Assembly: GCF_009914755.1 (NCBI RefSeq)
Contig: NC_060931.1
DNA length: 64,000 nt
Reading direction: 5' to 3' (one strand)
DNA from: the human T2T-CHM13v2.0 reference genome, Homo sapiens
The position numbers and the translations under genes are program-made. Of this stretch, positions 39,955-55,259 are shown in pieces. Position 1 is the stretch's first letter. Every line of letters begins with the position of its first letter. The notes beneath the pieces were generated by a model. That model was not told where the DNA came from. It ran no database searches and worked only from the letters and a program-made list of their open reading frames with translations.

Positions 39955-40454
39955 GGCCTTATGGACTATTTCAACAGTCTCCAATTTATCAATACTTCAT
40001 GCTTCAAAAATATGTTTATAAGTCAACAGCTTGGAATTTGCAATCCATTGTTTTCCCCACAGAAATGCTATTATAAATGATTAGATTCATAAGCCAGGTC
40101 ATAAAAAGTATTCATAACAGCATGGAGTGCCAGCACAAAAGCTCCTAAGAAAACATGTCATTTTGCCACACTGCCTTTCTTTACCAGAATAAACATTAGT
40201 AATGCAATTAAGGCTCCAGGAACAAATATCCATCCACGTTGACATGTGCATACAAAAATACACACAAACACACACACACACATATTGGTGAAAGCAGATC
40301 TCTAGAGAATCGAAATGCCTGTATCAATATTCATTTAAGTCCTTATAACTAGGGCTTACAACTTGAAATCCAAGAAATATAGAAAGAGTTAAACTCATCA
40401 AAGGTCTCAAAAGGGAAAAACAGAAACTATTTAGTTCAATACACAAAACATGTA

Positions 40455-40828
<374 letters not shown>

Positions 40829-42319
40829 TTAGTGCAGAATTAAAGTGGTTATGTAATTTGGAACTCAAGTCACCACAGAGGACTGTTTAAAGTCAATGCT
40901 CAACAGTTAGAAGTCTGTTACAAAATCAGAGGAGACTGAACTTGAGTTGAAAAAAAAAATTAAGCTTCATATTTTATATAAAGCTAAGCCTTAAATCTGA
41001 ATGAATGGATTAAAGTTGCATTTATATGATATTGTGTCAAAGCCCCATTAAATGATCATTTAATATTCAAAACAACGATCTCCCTCCCCACCACCAGCCC
41101 CAACAAAAAGAAAGAATCTCCCAAATCAAATTATTGATTGTAGCATCAAGAGGATGGAAAGTAGGAGAAAAGAAACGAAGAAATTTGAGATTATGGAATC
41201 AGACTGAAAGAAATCAATCAAAATCTTATCTAAAAATATTTGCTAGTGGCCTAATGTAAGTGGATCCTTAAGTGGGGTTTTTTCAAATTTCTTAAAAATA
41301 AAAACGCCTTTAAGTAAAAGCAACTCCTTGCTCAAGTAAAAAGTAAATCAAAATCACTTTTTCAATTATGCAGAATTTATATGTAACTTCATATTCCTTC
41401 TGGTAAAAAGAAAGGGGAAAAATGAAAAAGGTGAACCGAAAAATAAATCACTGAATGTTATTAAATATATACATCAAATCCATGACTACAGATGTGGGCA
41501 CAAAAAATAAAAACACTTTTAGATCCAGGAAAGAAATCTGGTTTACAAAAGCCAGAAGACTATTAGTATTTATGACTTAAACTTAATTATTGTGCATATA
41601 CACAAATCCCTTCCCCCTACCCACACACACAGGATTTTCTTCCCCCAAGTTCCCCAATTTAATGGTAAAGACGTAAGCTTTGAGCTTAAAACAAGAAATA
41701 TTCTTTCATTTTGTTCTTCCATGTAAGGGCTGACAAACACACCACGGGGGAGAAACCTGTATTAATGATCCTCATAGCTTGCAAGAAAAACTATTAATTT
41801 CAGTCTAAACAAACACAAACAGGGACAAAACATTCTAGACATAAACCTGCTGCAGAAGCTCTCCAAAATCACAACACCCACGGTACATCTTTCAGCTCAA
41901 ATGAATAAACACTTCCAGTGAGACCTCAAATGTTTTCTTTTTTTTAAAACATAAAAAGGAATCATTTTATTCCAACATGAATGAGACTGTAGAGAGCTCT
42001 AGTACTGTTGACAGCAACACTTCTTGGGGATATTATTAACTGGATTATAACATCTAATAACTAAAAGGAAGAACACGAATGAATGTAGAGGGGCCTCCCC
42101 ACCGGCCATTCTTTCAAGCTTCAAAAAAGGAGCTCAGACTTTGAGTAAAGTCTTAGTCTTGGAATGCAATAGGCAGGAGGCACTTGAACTACCCAGACAC
42201 TGAAATGATGCACAAAATTCTGCTCAATAGGCTGATATTTCATGTGGGTTAGGATCTGTAATCTAAACAGAATTAAGAAAAAAAATTAAGAAGCTAAGCA
42301 CAACATAAATAGTCCAACT

Positions 42320-42440
42320 TTTTATTTTAAGGACAGAGAAACTGAGGCCCACAAGGCTCAAGTTTTGCCCAATGTCATGTAATCACTAATCATATACCGG
42401 TTATCTAGGTCTCCTGACATTCAATACAATGCCCTGTAGC
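42320..42440 (-). mobile_element. MIR fragment
   Basis: gagaaactgaggcccacaagg...ttgcccaatgtcat. Confidence 0.65.
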
Positions 42441-42880
42441 AAACCGAAACCTCAGAAACCTCAGAAGGTATGGTCTAATCTAACATGTCTAAAATATTAT
42501 TTGTAATACCCTTAAAGAATATCCTGAAATTGGATGAAATTTTAGATGTTGCTCTATAAATATGGAAAGATGCTCATATGAGCCACCTTTGGAGACTAGG
42601 TACTCAAATTTATCATGTATCTCAATACGGTTCATGCCAGGCATATGTATATTCACATGCAAAATCCTGCAACATTCTTAACTGTGCATTACATCAACTC
42701 TATAGAGATTATGGTAAGGTTATTTCCAGGATTCTAGGCCTGCCCTACCAATATGCAAACCATCAGCTGAATCTATAAACAAGAGTACCATCAAGGTTCC
42801 CAGATTTAAAATATTTCCCTACCCAATTCCCTATCAACCCCGCTTCCCCTCCCCAATCTCATTTAAAATAACTCTGGGAT

Positions 42881-43168
42881 GGCCAATGCCTGTAATCTCA
42901 GCACTTTAGGGGGCAGAGGTGGTAGGATCCCTGGAGCCCAGGAGTTCAAGACCAGCCTGGGCAACACAGCAAGACACTGTCTCTACAAAAAAATCTAAAA
43001 ATTAGCCAGGCATGGTGGTGCATGCTTGTAGTCCCACCTACTTGAGAGACTAGGATAGGAGGGTCACTTGAGCCTAGGATTTCAAGGTTGCAGTGAGCCA
43101 TGATCACACCACTGTGCTCCAGCCTGGACGACAGAGTGAGACCCCGTCTCTAAAAGGTAAATAAATAC
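42881..43168 (+). mobile_element. AluJ
   Basis: gagcccaggagttcaagaccagcctgggcaaca...gtgagccatgatcacaccactg. Confidence 0.92.
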
Positions 43169-45079
43169 ATACTCTGGGCTTTTGCTAATAATACTATCTT
43201 AAAAGATTAAAGCCTTCACTTAAGTAGTTTTGCTTCATCACTTTAATTATTCTGGCAACCCATCTATAGTTCAATTCTCAATATGCCATCATTTGTCAGC
43301 TCTGCCAAGGAGTAAGCCCCATCTTTCCTAACCAAGCAACTCTTCCCTGGGGTTTCTTTCAAAAAAAATTATACCAGCAGGTTCTAATTTCCTATCCCTG
43401 CCAGAAAGGCTGCTCAGAAGTTGAGTTTAAATGTGTCTTATTAAAGTATTGTGTTAAAAAAAAAAGTATTACGTATCTGCTGAATTGTAATCAGACTTGA
43501 ATATTCATCTTAAATAAAAGTTTATTAATTGAACATTCATTATTACTCTCAGTATGAAAACTAAATAGATCATCAGAAAAAGAATTAGGCACATTAGGAA
43601 GCAGTCAGATTGTATCAGTGATCAAACAGTTCAGACAGGGAAGGAAGCTTACTCTAAACAGAAGCTGCAGATTTGTATCCACTACCTATTTCAGATCCTG
43701 GTACAGTAGGTGCCCAGTAAACGCTGAACAAATGAATGAAAATAGAACTCCAAGTCACTTAGATCAAGGCACAACTGGAGCTCCATTTAATAAATGGTCA
43801 ATGCCTGACTCTCCATTAAATGTTCAACGGCATGAACTAGAAGCAGGCAGCATGTATCCCAGGAATAGCTTTTGCTACAAAATGTGAGACAAAACAGCTC
43901 ATGAAGAAAATAATCCTTATGGTAATCATCACAATGATGATCAACAGTCTGGAACACTTTCTCAATCACCAGATGAACCTTAGAACAAACTGAGAGAAAG
44001 GGGTCTGGGTACACTGGAAGTGGCAGCTCCAAACAGGCCCTGTGAAGCTCTTCATCCAAGACCTTCCTTCCTCTTTCATGATATTCCACTCTTCTACTTT
44101 CTCCCAAAACTATCTTTTTCATGCAGGCAAACAAAGTAGCAATAATGTCCAAACACAGAATCACTCAAGCCAAAGTACTCTCCTGAGCACCAGGAATCAT
44201 CTGGCTGTGCTGAAAAGTCTGTCCAAACACTTTGGATTAATTTTTTTTCTTTTTGCATATTAAGGTATTTTTAGACGTGAAGTTATTTATTCTCTGCACC
44301 AAGAGAGGCTTACTTTTTAATCCTTTCTCCATAAGGATGTCAAAATCTTTCAGTCCCAAGGTAAGGCATCAGACCAAAATAGCTTTAAAAGTTCTATATA
44401 ATTAAGAATGTTGTTATAGCTACTCTTATGCCAAGAATCATCTACACTGCTTCAATTCATATAATCATATCCACGAGAGACCCAGTTAACCTTGGCATTT
44501 CTGCTGCAAACAAAGTGTTTAGACAAACAGCACTCTCTCTATCCCAACCATGTTACTCAGTGCTGCCTGGTCAATTCTCACACAAATCAGAAAAAAAAAA
44601 GGTGTGGGGACAGAGGGGGCCAAGATGTAAAAAGGCAAGTCTGCAATCCTCCTGACCCCATCTCCTACAAATAAACTTAGGTTCTTCCAACAGTACGTTG
44701 AAAAGAATTAAAGATGTGGACCCTAAACAAACAAAAAGTCGTTTTGCATTGACCCTCTCTTTAATTTCAAACCTGGAAATTTTTAGCAGGAATATGATGA
44801 CAAAACCACATTACCTAGAAATCATAAAGGTGGAAGACACTTTGAAAAGGTTTTTTGGAAAGAGCATAAAAAGTATCCCATGGGGTCTGATAAGTGGTCC
44901 TTCTGGCCAAGGGTTCATGCTGACAGTACTAAAGGAATGGATCTAAGGATGGAGTAGAGGGTGAGCAAACAGGGCAGGCAAGGGAAATGTGATCATGCCC
45001 TCCATAATCACAGCCTCAAAGATCCATAATGTGCCTTGGTTACCTCTTGATTCTCAGTATCTGACCATTTGTCAACTCT

Positions 45080-45856
45080 GCCACGGAGTTAGCCTTATCT
45101 CAAGTTTCATGAAAGCAGGGATTTTCTTTTGTTCACTACTATACATATTACCAACATTTGAACAGTGTCTGGCACATAACAGACTTCCAAAAAATTATTT
45201 TTGAATTAATAAAGTTATAGTTCAATCATTCATGAATTTGCTGAAAGCCAGTAGCAGGTTAATTTACCAGTTAATTCCCCACCAACAAGGAAGAAAGCAA
45301 ACTTTTCCCATAATGAGTTTGGGGGCTACCATGTCATTTAGCAATTAATCTATTCCAACAACAAAAATATACTGAGCACTTACAATGCGCTGGGAATTTT
45401 TCCAGTGCTGGGAATACAGTGGTAGACAAGATACATGTTGTTCCTGCTCTCACAGAGCTTCCATTCTAGTGATTCTCCCTGGCTGTTCTGTGGAGGAGAG
45501 GCTACTGGGGTGGCCTCAGGGCCTTTGCACTTCTTGTTTTCTCTAAGTAGATGTTTGTGCAGTCTGTGCTTCCCCTCTTTTTTCAGGTTTCTGCTCAAAT
45601 GTCACCTTATCAGAGAGGCCTTTGGCCATTTCTATGTAAAATCAAACAGCAGCACCCCTGTCCCCTATACACTCTAACCTACTTATCCCTGCTTTAATGT
45701 TCTCCACAGCACTTACTATCACCTGACATACATATTTATTTGCTTATAATGCAAACTCCATGAGGGCAGGGACTTTGTTTGTTGTTGTATCCCCTGGACC
45801 CACAAGGGGGCTTGACGCATTAGTAGGCATTCAATAAATATCTACAGAATGAATGT
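45080..45856. mobile_element. Cluster of L2 3' fragments (plus, minus, plus)
   Basis: aaactccatgagggcagggac...tagtaggcattcaataaata; opposite-strand piece at about 45345-45480. Confidence 0.75.
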
Positions 45857-47649
45857 TTTTTAAAAACATACAATCATTGAGCTTCTTCAGCACAGCCACT
45901 GCTGTGCAGTTTAGTCACTGATCTTTCAGATCTTTTTCACTCAAACTAGTTCTTGGTCCTGCTGAGGAAACCCTATGAGTTTCTCATTTGTAGCTATGAG
46001 ATTATGCAAACCCTAAGAGTATAATTTCCACTTTATATTCTAGATCACTAATGAAAATGCCCATTTCCATCAGGTCCTGGATCAGTCTCCACGGAAAATA
46101 CTCACTGACTCCTCCCAGGATGAAAGTGACCCACAGTCAACATCTGGATGTGAACGCAGTGCTGATTCCCATCATGCATAAACCCACTTAGCCATGAAAG
46201 CTTCAATAAAACTGCTCTGTGACTGAAATACTGCAAAGCCTGCCCCAGGGCAAAGCCTGCCCCTGACTCAGCCTCAAAGGTGCCAACTGGCTCCCAGTTA
46301 ACCAACCCTTCCCTGTTCTGAGATATTTCCACATGCGCAAAGGATGCCAGTGGATAGAACTGTTTTATTCATTAGGGGATAAGGGTACTCAGAAAAGAAT
46401 ACAGCTAATTTTTAAAAACCAATCCTGCATTAGTTTTCTCTACTCTGGCTTTATGTCCCACCTGCCCATTCCATGTATTTGTTGTTACGAAGAACTGAAG
46501 AGTAAAACACTGGAAGAGTAAAGCAGTAGAATTACCATGTTCATAGCTTCACTATCAAATGGCCATCTTCCTTTGTCTTACGCACATGAGGCATATATAC
46601 ATCTATCAAGGAAGATTTTCTGTTTATAAAGTTAGTCTCATTGTTAGACCTCAAACTTCTGATTCTTTGTATTCTTCCTTGTAAAACAGGCCTTTTTCTG
46701 CATTTTGAGGTTTTTCCCATCTGTCTTTTAGATACTTGTGTTACCTTAATAAAATTTTATTTTTCAATGGAGATATACTGTTTTGTTTCTTTATAAGAAA
46801 ATTCAGGTTTTATCCTTTTTTAACTCTTTCACCCTTCAACCATTATTAATTTCTTCTCATGGAGTTCTTTTAGTCTGTTGAAATTCCTTTTTAAAATGTG
46901 TTCTCTTTGTTCTACTGAATTTCTAGTTTTTTTATTCATTGTCTGTTCCATCAATTAAAGTGGTAAGATTTTGGGCACATCCCTTTACAAGCATGAGTTC
47001 TGTCTGCTCATCAGTATAACTAGAATAAGTCATGCTATCTGCCTTGCCTGGTGCTATGCAGGTATAAGACTAAGTAGGTAGAACTGCTGTTTAAGCCACT
47101 CTTGAAAGTTTCAGTCTCTGTACTTGAATAGGCCCATTGCTTCCAATAAGAGAGGAATTTAATACTCTAAAAGAAGGGGGCCAATACTATTAAAGTCACA
47201 TTAATCTACACTTTGCAGAGACATGGCAGAACAGACAAAAAAAAAAAAACCTCACCATCAAATCCAATGCCTGCCTTCCGGTCAATTAAAAAAGCAAAAA
47301 ACAAAAAACAGGATTACAGTTCCAAATGCCCCAAACAAACAAATCTTCAGGTTGCATTAAGCAAAAACTTATCAAGCCCTCAATTACTTCTTTCGTAATG
47401 AATTCCAACGTTTCCACCTAGGGATAGAGAGTATGAAACCAAGCTTTAATCTAGGTTGAACAGCTGAAATTTGATCATGGTGGTAATAGGGTACTCAGGT
47501 AAGGATCCAGATAAAATTGATAATAAACATGTCTCCAATCACTACGCTTCAACTTGTTTTGCTTTTTGTCCTTTTACTAACAAAATATAGTAAATGTAAG
47601 TTATTTCTTAAATAATACACTTAATGTTCTCTAATATCAACCACTGAAT

Positions 47650-47740
47650 TATTTTGCTTAAATTCCTGAGTCTCAACTTTCTCATCTGTAAAACACAAAT
47701 AAAAACTGCTTCCTCACTTGGTTACTGTGAGAACAGCAAC
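47650..47740 (+). mobile_element. MIR fragment
   Basis: ctgagtctcaactttctcatctgtaaaa...ggttactgtgaga. Confidence 0.65.
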
Positions 47741-47799
47741 CAAAAAGGAGGGAGGGCACTCAGATGAATTCAATAAAACCTAAAAAACAGACTAGAATT

Positions 47800-48350
47800 C
47801 AAGTCCTCCATGATCTTGTTCTCTCAGGAAGCAATTAATATAATCAATTCTGTACTTGTTTTATCAGAAACATGTTCATTTCCCAGTTTTTGCATAAATG
47901 CCATCATACACTGTTTTACACATTCTTTTTTCCATTTAACAATAAATTTTAGAGACTGTTCCATATCAATAAGGAGGAAGCTCCCCCATTCTCTATATAA
48001 GCCATTATTTACTTAACATTCTCCCACATTTAGGTTATTTCCAGTCTTTTACTGTCATAATCTTTTGCTCACATATAAGCATTTTTGTAAGGTACACTTC
48101 TAAAAGGAGAATTGTTGGGTCAAAAAGTATGCACGTTTTCAATTTTTAAAAAGATTGCCAGATTGTCCTCCATAGAGGTTTAGAGCAATTTACTCTCCTG
48201 CCAGCCATAAATGAAGACCATTTCTCCACATGCTGATCAATATAAATCTCTTATTAAACACTGTTGTTAAATCTCAGTCAATAGGATAGTAAAAAATGCT
48301 ATCTCCATGTGTTTTAATTGCTTTTTCTAATGAGGTTTTTTGGCTTTTTT
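47800..48350 (-). mobile_element. Old L1ME fragment
   Basis: catttaggttatttccagtc...gaattgttgggtcaaa...ttgccagattgtcctcca. Confidence 0.7.
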
Positions 48351-48399
48351 TGATTGATAGTCTCTCTTTGAATATTAAGAAAATCTATTTCATGCCCTT

Positions 48400-48770
48400 T
48401 AACTTTCTTCCTTTGTATTACTCTGCACATTCTATGATCCAACTACTCTGAGCCATTTGCTATTCTCCAAATGGGCTACATTTTGGGAAATGCCCATTAC
48501 TTCCAACTTCACTTACAAAATTTCTTGACAGTCAAGTTCAAAGGCATTTCAATGTTTATGAAGTGTTCCTGTACTCCTCTCATAGGACTTAATCACTCCT
48601 TCCTCAAGAGTGCCTAGGGAGCATTTTTAACACTTCATAACAGTATCACTTCACTCTGCCATGTACACATATGAACTTCTTGAAGGTCCAGATTATATTC
48701 TTCATCTTAGCATTCCCTGTGATATTCAGCACATTCACTCAATTAATGTGGCATGGAAGACTGAATTAAA
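48400..48770 (+). mobile_element. L2 3' fragment
   Basis: atgaacttcttgaaggtccagattatattcttcatctt. Confidence 0.55.
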
Positions 48771-49054
48771 AAGACTGCATTTCTAACTGCATATGTGGTT
48801 TTCAACTTCCAAACCAATATTGTAAATCTAGTGATGGGGATAATAAAATAAAGTGAAGATCTGCAGACTTGTTCTTTGGCCTAGACATCCATATCACCAC
48901 TTAAATGCTGATCATCTTTTCTCTAAGTTTTTTGTTTAATGTTTGTTTTAACACTGAAATTCTGGCTGGGACTTGAATGACTAAAGGACCTAACTAAGAT
49001 CAAAGTATTAAGGGGATTACAGACTTCTTTTCTATAATCCATGAATTGTAAGTT

Positions 49055-49722
49055 TTAAACATTCACTAGAATGGCTAAAATAAAAAAGAAAAGAACAAGT
49101 ACAGATGTAGAGCAACTAGAACTATCATAAACTGCTGGAAGAAACGTAAATGGGCACAACCATTTTGGAAAACTGTTTGGGGGAATCAACTGAAGCTAAA
49201 CATATGTTAACTCTGTGACCCAGCAATTCTACTCCTTGGTATATACTCAATAAAAACGCACACATTTGTTCACCAAAAGTTATGTACGAGAATATTCACA
49301 GCAGCACTAATCATAAAAACCCCAAACAGAAAAAAAAACAAATGTTTATCAATAGTAGAATGGATAAATAAATTTTGGCATATTAACACAATGCGATTCT
49401 AACAGCAATAGGAATAAACAAACTAAAAACCACACATCAAAATATGAGTGACTCTCACAGACCTAAAGCGTTAACATGAGTCAATTTACATAAGTTACAA
49501 AAACAAGCAAAGCTAATCTGATGGTGTTACAAATCAGGATGGAAATTACCCATTGCGGGTAGGGATAGCGACTTCGGAAGAGCTGGTAATCACCTGTTTC
49601 TTGTTCTGGACGCTGGTTACACAGGTTATTTATCTTCTGAAAACTCATTAGATTATATGTTGATGCTTTGTATACTTTTCTGCAGGCATATTATACTTTA
49701 ACAAAAATGTTCCTAAAATAAA
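49055..49722 (+). mobile_element. L1ME/MD-type 3' region
   Basis: cactagaatggctaaaat...tgacccagcaattctactccttggtatatac...tattatactttaacaaaaa. Confidence 0.85.
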
Positions 49723-51157
49723 TCAATAGGTGAAACTTCCAAAAGAAAATATATTCCTTTTAAAATGCCATTCAGGAATAAATGTTTTTCTAAATGCTGA
49801 CATGCTTATCGGCCACTTGTAAAACCCAGCTGACCTGGACTGGTTTGACCAAAGAGCCTACCACTGAAAACCGAACTTGAACAAAAAAGAATTTTCTATT
49901 TCCGAAACAATGCATGAGTCACAAATGGTATTCAAATTTTTTGATTAAGAATAAAGTGAGGTGACCAACAGAGATCAGCTACTGAGAGTAGGCAAAGATT
50001 GCAGAGAAAGATAAAAGAAAAGAATTTCCTTAAATGGTACCAAAATAGCTATTACTCTTAAATGAACCTTCTGTTGAACTACTAAGAAAAAAACCAATTA
50101 TTTATTCCAATGCAGATATATGCCTCAGCACCCAGCTTCCCTCCCAATATTATTTTATAACACTGCACAACAGACAAAGAGAGTGTGAGAGTACCACAGG
50201 AGGAGTAATCAATGGCAACTGCAGGTGTCTGAATAGAGGGAAACTAAGAGAAATGAAACACAGATCCTTCCACCTCATTAGTCTTCTAAAAATATTCTCA
50301 TAATACAAAGGCATGCCCCGCTAGTGTGGTATATAAATGAATGAGAAACCTAATCAAAATGGTTTTTATGAATCTTGACCACAACCCACGTACAAATACT
50401 TTGGAGATTAAAAATAGGAAAATAAATTGATGGTGCTAAGCTAGTCAAGCAGAGCAGAAATAAATGTGGAAGCTGGACAACACAAAATCAATATATCGAA
50501 AACTCAATTATCTGTGCTAATGGAGGCAGATTTTTAAAAATCTTTTCCATTGGGCTGTGAAATATAGAACAGGCACTCCGAGACAGATGAACAGGCCCAA
50601 ACACTTACCCTCTTCTGAACCTGGCATTCATTCATTTTTAATTTGATCCCAACAAAACTCAAAAGGAAAGAAAAATAAAAAGATGTGAAGTCTAGGTGAC
50701 CACCAGTCACCAGGGGTGACTTCACAGCCAACTTTAAACTTCCTGTTGTAAAAGGAAACACAAAAAGATAATTAACTGAATTTCATAGATAATCCATCAC
50801 AGTTCATCTTGGTCAATGTACAAAACTGGTTTTGCACAGAAGTATCACCAAGTACATAGTCCCTCCAAAAAGAAATAAGAAAAAAGATAGGATGCTATCA
50901 AGGTTTTAATTACACCCCTCGATCTTACCTTGCCCACCTTCGGGAAGTGGTTCTAATAAGCAGTGAAATTTGCAAAAGGCAGGTAGCAACAAGGAAAACC
51001 AGCAAGGGATATGAATAATTAAACTTCGAAATAATTTTTTTAAACCTGGAACAATTCTTTGTTCATGTAATGATTTTTTTAAAAAAAATTCTTCTCCCCC
51101 TTACAAAAGGAAGGATTAGAATTAACCACTAACAATGTAAGCTAAGAATGGCATGAA

Positions 51158-51308
51158 GGGAAAAAGGAAGATACCTTCTTTCCCCACAACAGCAAAGCAG
51201 ATTTATTAAGGACATCTATGTCTTTAATAAAGATGGTCTTTTGGCTGACCATTCAGCCAAAACCAATCATAAACTGTCTAATACTGACCTGGTTAGTATT
51301 AGACCAGT
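51158..51308. other. Tandem cluster of 3-4 short stem-loops
   Basis: Palindromes at 51202-51231, 51239-51262 and 51273-51308; weaker one at 51158-51184. Confidence 0.8.
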
Positions 51309-51406
51309 ATCTGACTAGGATCAGGGGAGAGAGGCTCACCATGATCTAGCCACATCTAGTTGAAATTAACCTTGAAATTAACAAGAAGAAGCATCTGCTG
51401 AGGTCC

Positions 51407-51764
51407 TGCTATGGTCTGAATGTTTATGTACCCCACAAAAACCATATGTTGAGATTCTCACCCCCAAGGTGATGGTATTCAGAGATGGGGCCTTTGAGAG
51501 GTGATTTAAGAATGGAGCCCTCCTGTATGGCATTAGCGCTCCCACAAAAAAGCTCCCAGAGAGCTGCCATGCCCCATCCACCATTTAGAGGACACAGCTA
51601 GAAGGTGCCCTCTATGATAATGCAGGCCCTCACCAGACACCAGATCTGCTGGTGCCTTGATATTGGACTTCCCAGCCTCCAGAACTGAATGATACAAATT
51701 TCTATTGTTCATAAACTTCCCCATTTCTGGCATTTTATTATAGCAGTCTGAACACACTAAGACA
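51407..51764 (+). mobile_element. MLT1A0-like solo LTR
   Basis: tgctatggtctgaatgtt...tagcagtctgaacacactaagaca. Confidence 0.9.
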
Positions 51765-52043
51765 GGGCGCACCAAGGACTGGCAGTCAGCATAGTGCATT
51801 AAACAAGGAGATCTCTCTAGAAGGGCTCAAAAGTCCATACAATAAATGAGTATAACTTGGTAAAGGACTAAATAAACAAATGCATGGATAGCATCGAGCT
51901 GGCCATTTACTCATTCATCAAGCATTTATCCTCAGTGTTCACAACATCATAAAGGACAGACATACATTATTTTTGTCTGCCCAACCAACTCCCCATTTTG
52001 GTACCAGCACATCAACCTTCCTGTTGTTTAATAAAGAGACATT

Positions 52044-52621
<578 letters not shown>

Positions 52622-53649
52622 TCATCTGTAGAACTAATATTTGCTAGGCATATAGGAAACAAGCCTGTAGCTAAGAGACACACAGAGAAAGCCTGCTTGA
52701 GAATGAAGTCATGTGAAAACAGGCTAAGACATGGCAAGAAACAGGTCTTTAATGGCATGACTTGCCCCTAGGTCCAGCCGTGCCTGAAGCTAGCACTACT
52801 TTTGGACGTTTTAGCAACATAAGCCAATAAATTTTCTTTTACACTGTCCTTATGCTGGATGAGTTTCTGTCACTTGCAAACAAATGCCCTAATACAGCAC
52901 CATTGTTGAATTCTTTTAAAACCCTTTATAGGAATAATTCTTCAGCCAGAGTGCCCACCCTCAATTATAATAAAAAGTTTTTAAATATTTTTGAAATGTA
53001 ACATTCTGAGACATGAATATGAAATAAGGTTGTCCCTTATTATTCCCTGCATCTTCAGAACTTTTTGATGACTGAATTATTTCCGCTTACAAAGGAAAAT
53101 AAGCTTCTTGGCATAACTGATTTTTCACACCCGATCCTAATACCAGGTTGATTGGGCCTTTAGAGCACTAAAAACCTGTCTGCTCAGTTCTATTTTTGTG
53201 GATGTCAGGAGCTCACAGGATAAAGTGAAATCTGAGGGGTTTGCTGCTTGAATTCACTTCTTTCTTGAATTCATCCTCCCCCATGGAAAGGAACAGAAAC
53301 CAAAGAAGGGGGTGTTGGAGTCTAAAAGCCACTCTTCTGCCAACTTCCCCAGAACACAGAGGCCAGTCATGTGGTCAAACCACAGCTGCAAAATGCTGAT
53401 GTCAGCAGTGCCACTCTGTGGGTCTGTAATTGGTTCACCATGACAAAACACCATTCCAACCAGGCAACACAGACTCACCATGGCAGCCTCCACCAAGAAT
53501 CCGGCCAACCCACTTTCCCTTTTTTGCTGACATCTGCCCAGGGCAGACAGTAGCACATCTGGCTGAGTGCGCATCTGACTGCCTATGCACAAGGACCCTG
53601 GGTGAGATGGGAGTACACTGAACCAGACTCTGAGTGGTGGAATCTGCCA

Positions 53650-53800
53650 GCATAGCATGGAGTGGTAAAAAAGGGGCAGGACTACAAGTTCAGAGGACCT
53701 GGGCCTAGCCTGGGATTTGCTACCAAAGAGGCGTAACCTTAGATAAACCATTTCACCTTTTGAGGTGTCTATTTTCTTATCTTTAACATGTGAGGAGTGG
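53650..53800 (+). mobile_element. MIR
   Basis: gcatggagtggtaaaa...gacctgggcctagcc...gtaaccttagataaacc. Confidence 0.65.
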
Positions 53801-53879
53801 AAACAGATTAGTGTTTTTCACCGTGGGTAGTAAACCATGTAGTGGGTGATGAAATCAATTTAGTGGATCAAGACCAATA

Positions 53880-54876
53880 TCACCCATGCAAAAAAATGAT
53901 TCTAGAGGAGGGACAAGGACTATACAAGATTAGCCTGAGTACCTTGTAGTGCTGAAAACAAAGGACATGCTAAAAAAAAATCCACAAGGATGGACTTACA
54001 TCAAAGGGATACAGGAGCCAACCGAAAGCACTCCTAATAGCTAAAGCTGGACGAACTTCAGAAACAAAATAAAGTACTACTAAATTATAATCCAAAGTAT
54101 ATAATAAATATCAATGGATCCACACTGATTAAAAAAAACTGATTGAATAAACAAATGGAGAAGAAGAAACAAATCCGACTCACAGAAGAATGTCAAATAA
54201 TTTATGTAGCTACACCACCCTCAAGGAAGTGCAGTGTAACTCCCCACTCCTTAAGTATGAGCTGTGCATAATAACTTACTTCCAAAGAGTATAGTATGGA
54301 AAGGCGAAGAAAAAATAACCATATGGTAGAGAAGCCTGACAAACACTACCTCAACCAGATGAGCAAGGTCAACATAACCAAAACTATAAATCATGCTGCT
54401 AACATATACTCTTGATATGATGTAATGAGAATGGCATTTTACCTCTGTAATCTTCTTCCCCAAAACCCATAACCCCAGTCCAATACAAGAAAATCATCAG
54501 ACAAATCCCAGTGGAGACATACTCTACAAAATACTTTACCACTACTCCTCAAAGCTCTCGAGGTCATCAAACACAAGGAAAGCCTGAGAAACTATTACAG
54601 CCAAGAGGAATCTAAGGAGACATGGCAACCAAGATAATGTAGAACCCCACATGGAGTCCTGGAACGGCAAAAGGACACTAAGGAAAAGCTAAGGAAATCT
54701 GAATGAAGTATAGATTTTAGTTATTAATACTGCAACAGTACTGGTCTATTAATTGTGACAAAAGTATACTAAGGTAAGATATTGACAATGGGAAAACCAC
54801 TTGGGGCATATGGGAATTTTTTGTACTATCTTCACATCTTTTCTCTACCTCTAAAACTATTCTAAACTTAAAAGTT
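53880..54876 (+). mobile_element. L1MC3/4-type 3'UTR
   Basis: caaagggatacaggagccaaccgaaag...ggcattttacctctgtaatcttcttccccaaaaccc...ctaaaactattctaaa. Confidence 0.85.
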
Positions 54877-55259
54877 GTTTTGTGTTGGGGGCTGTGATTA
54901 AAATAAGTAAAGTTGGACAAACATTGAGCAATACCTAAGCAGATGATCTCTAAGCTTTTTACTAGCTTTAAAGGCAATGTTTTGGGAAGTATTTTTAATA
55001 GGCATGTTGTATTAATTAATTATTGTGCTTTTCTTATTATTTGTAATTGAGACTACTGGGCCACTAAAGTGCATGAGTTCAGAAGTAGTTAGGGAAGTTA
55101 TGGAAACCATTCATTCATTTATTCAACAATAAGTATGTGCTCTGTATTATGTCTTCAAAAAATATTTACTGTTAATGCATGAGCGAAAGGATTCTACATC
55201 TCCCTAATTTTGTTTTGTCTCAAAATCATTTGAATAAAATGTAGTATTTTCCAAGGAAA

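Noticed and set aside
43787-44164. 125-aa ORF and coding-looking triplets near 43900-43990
   Set aside because: No recognisable homology or splice boundaries.
53254-53751. 165-aa minus-strand ORF
   Set aside because: Starts inside a MIR, has no recognisable domain and no convincing splice framing.
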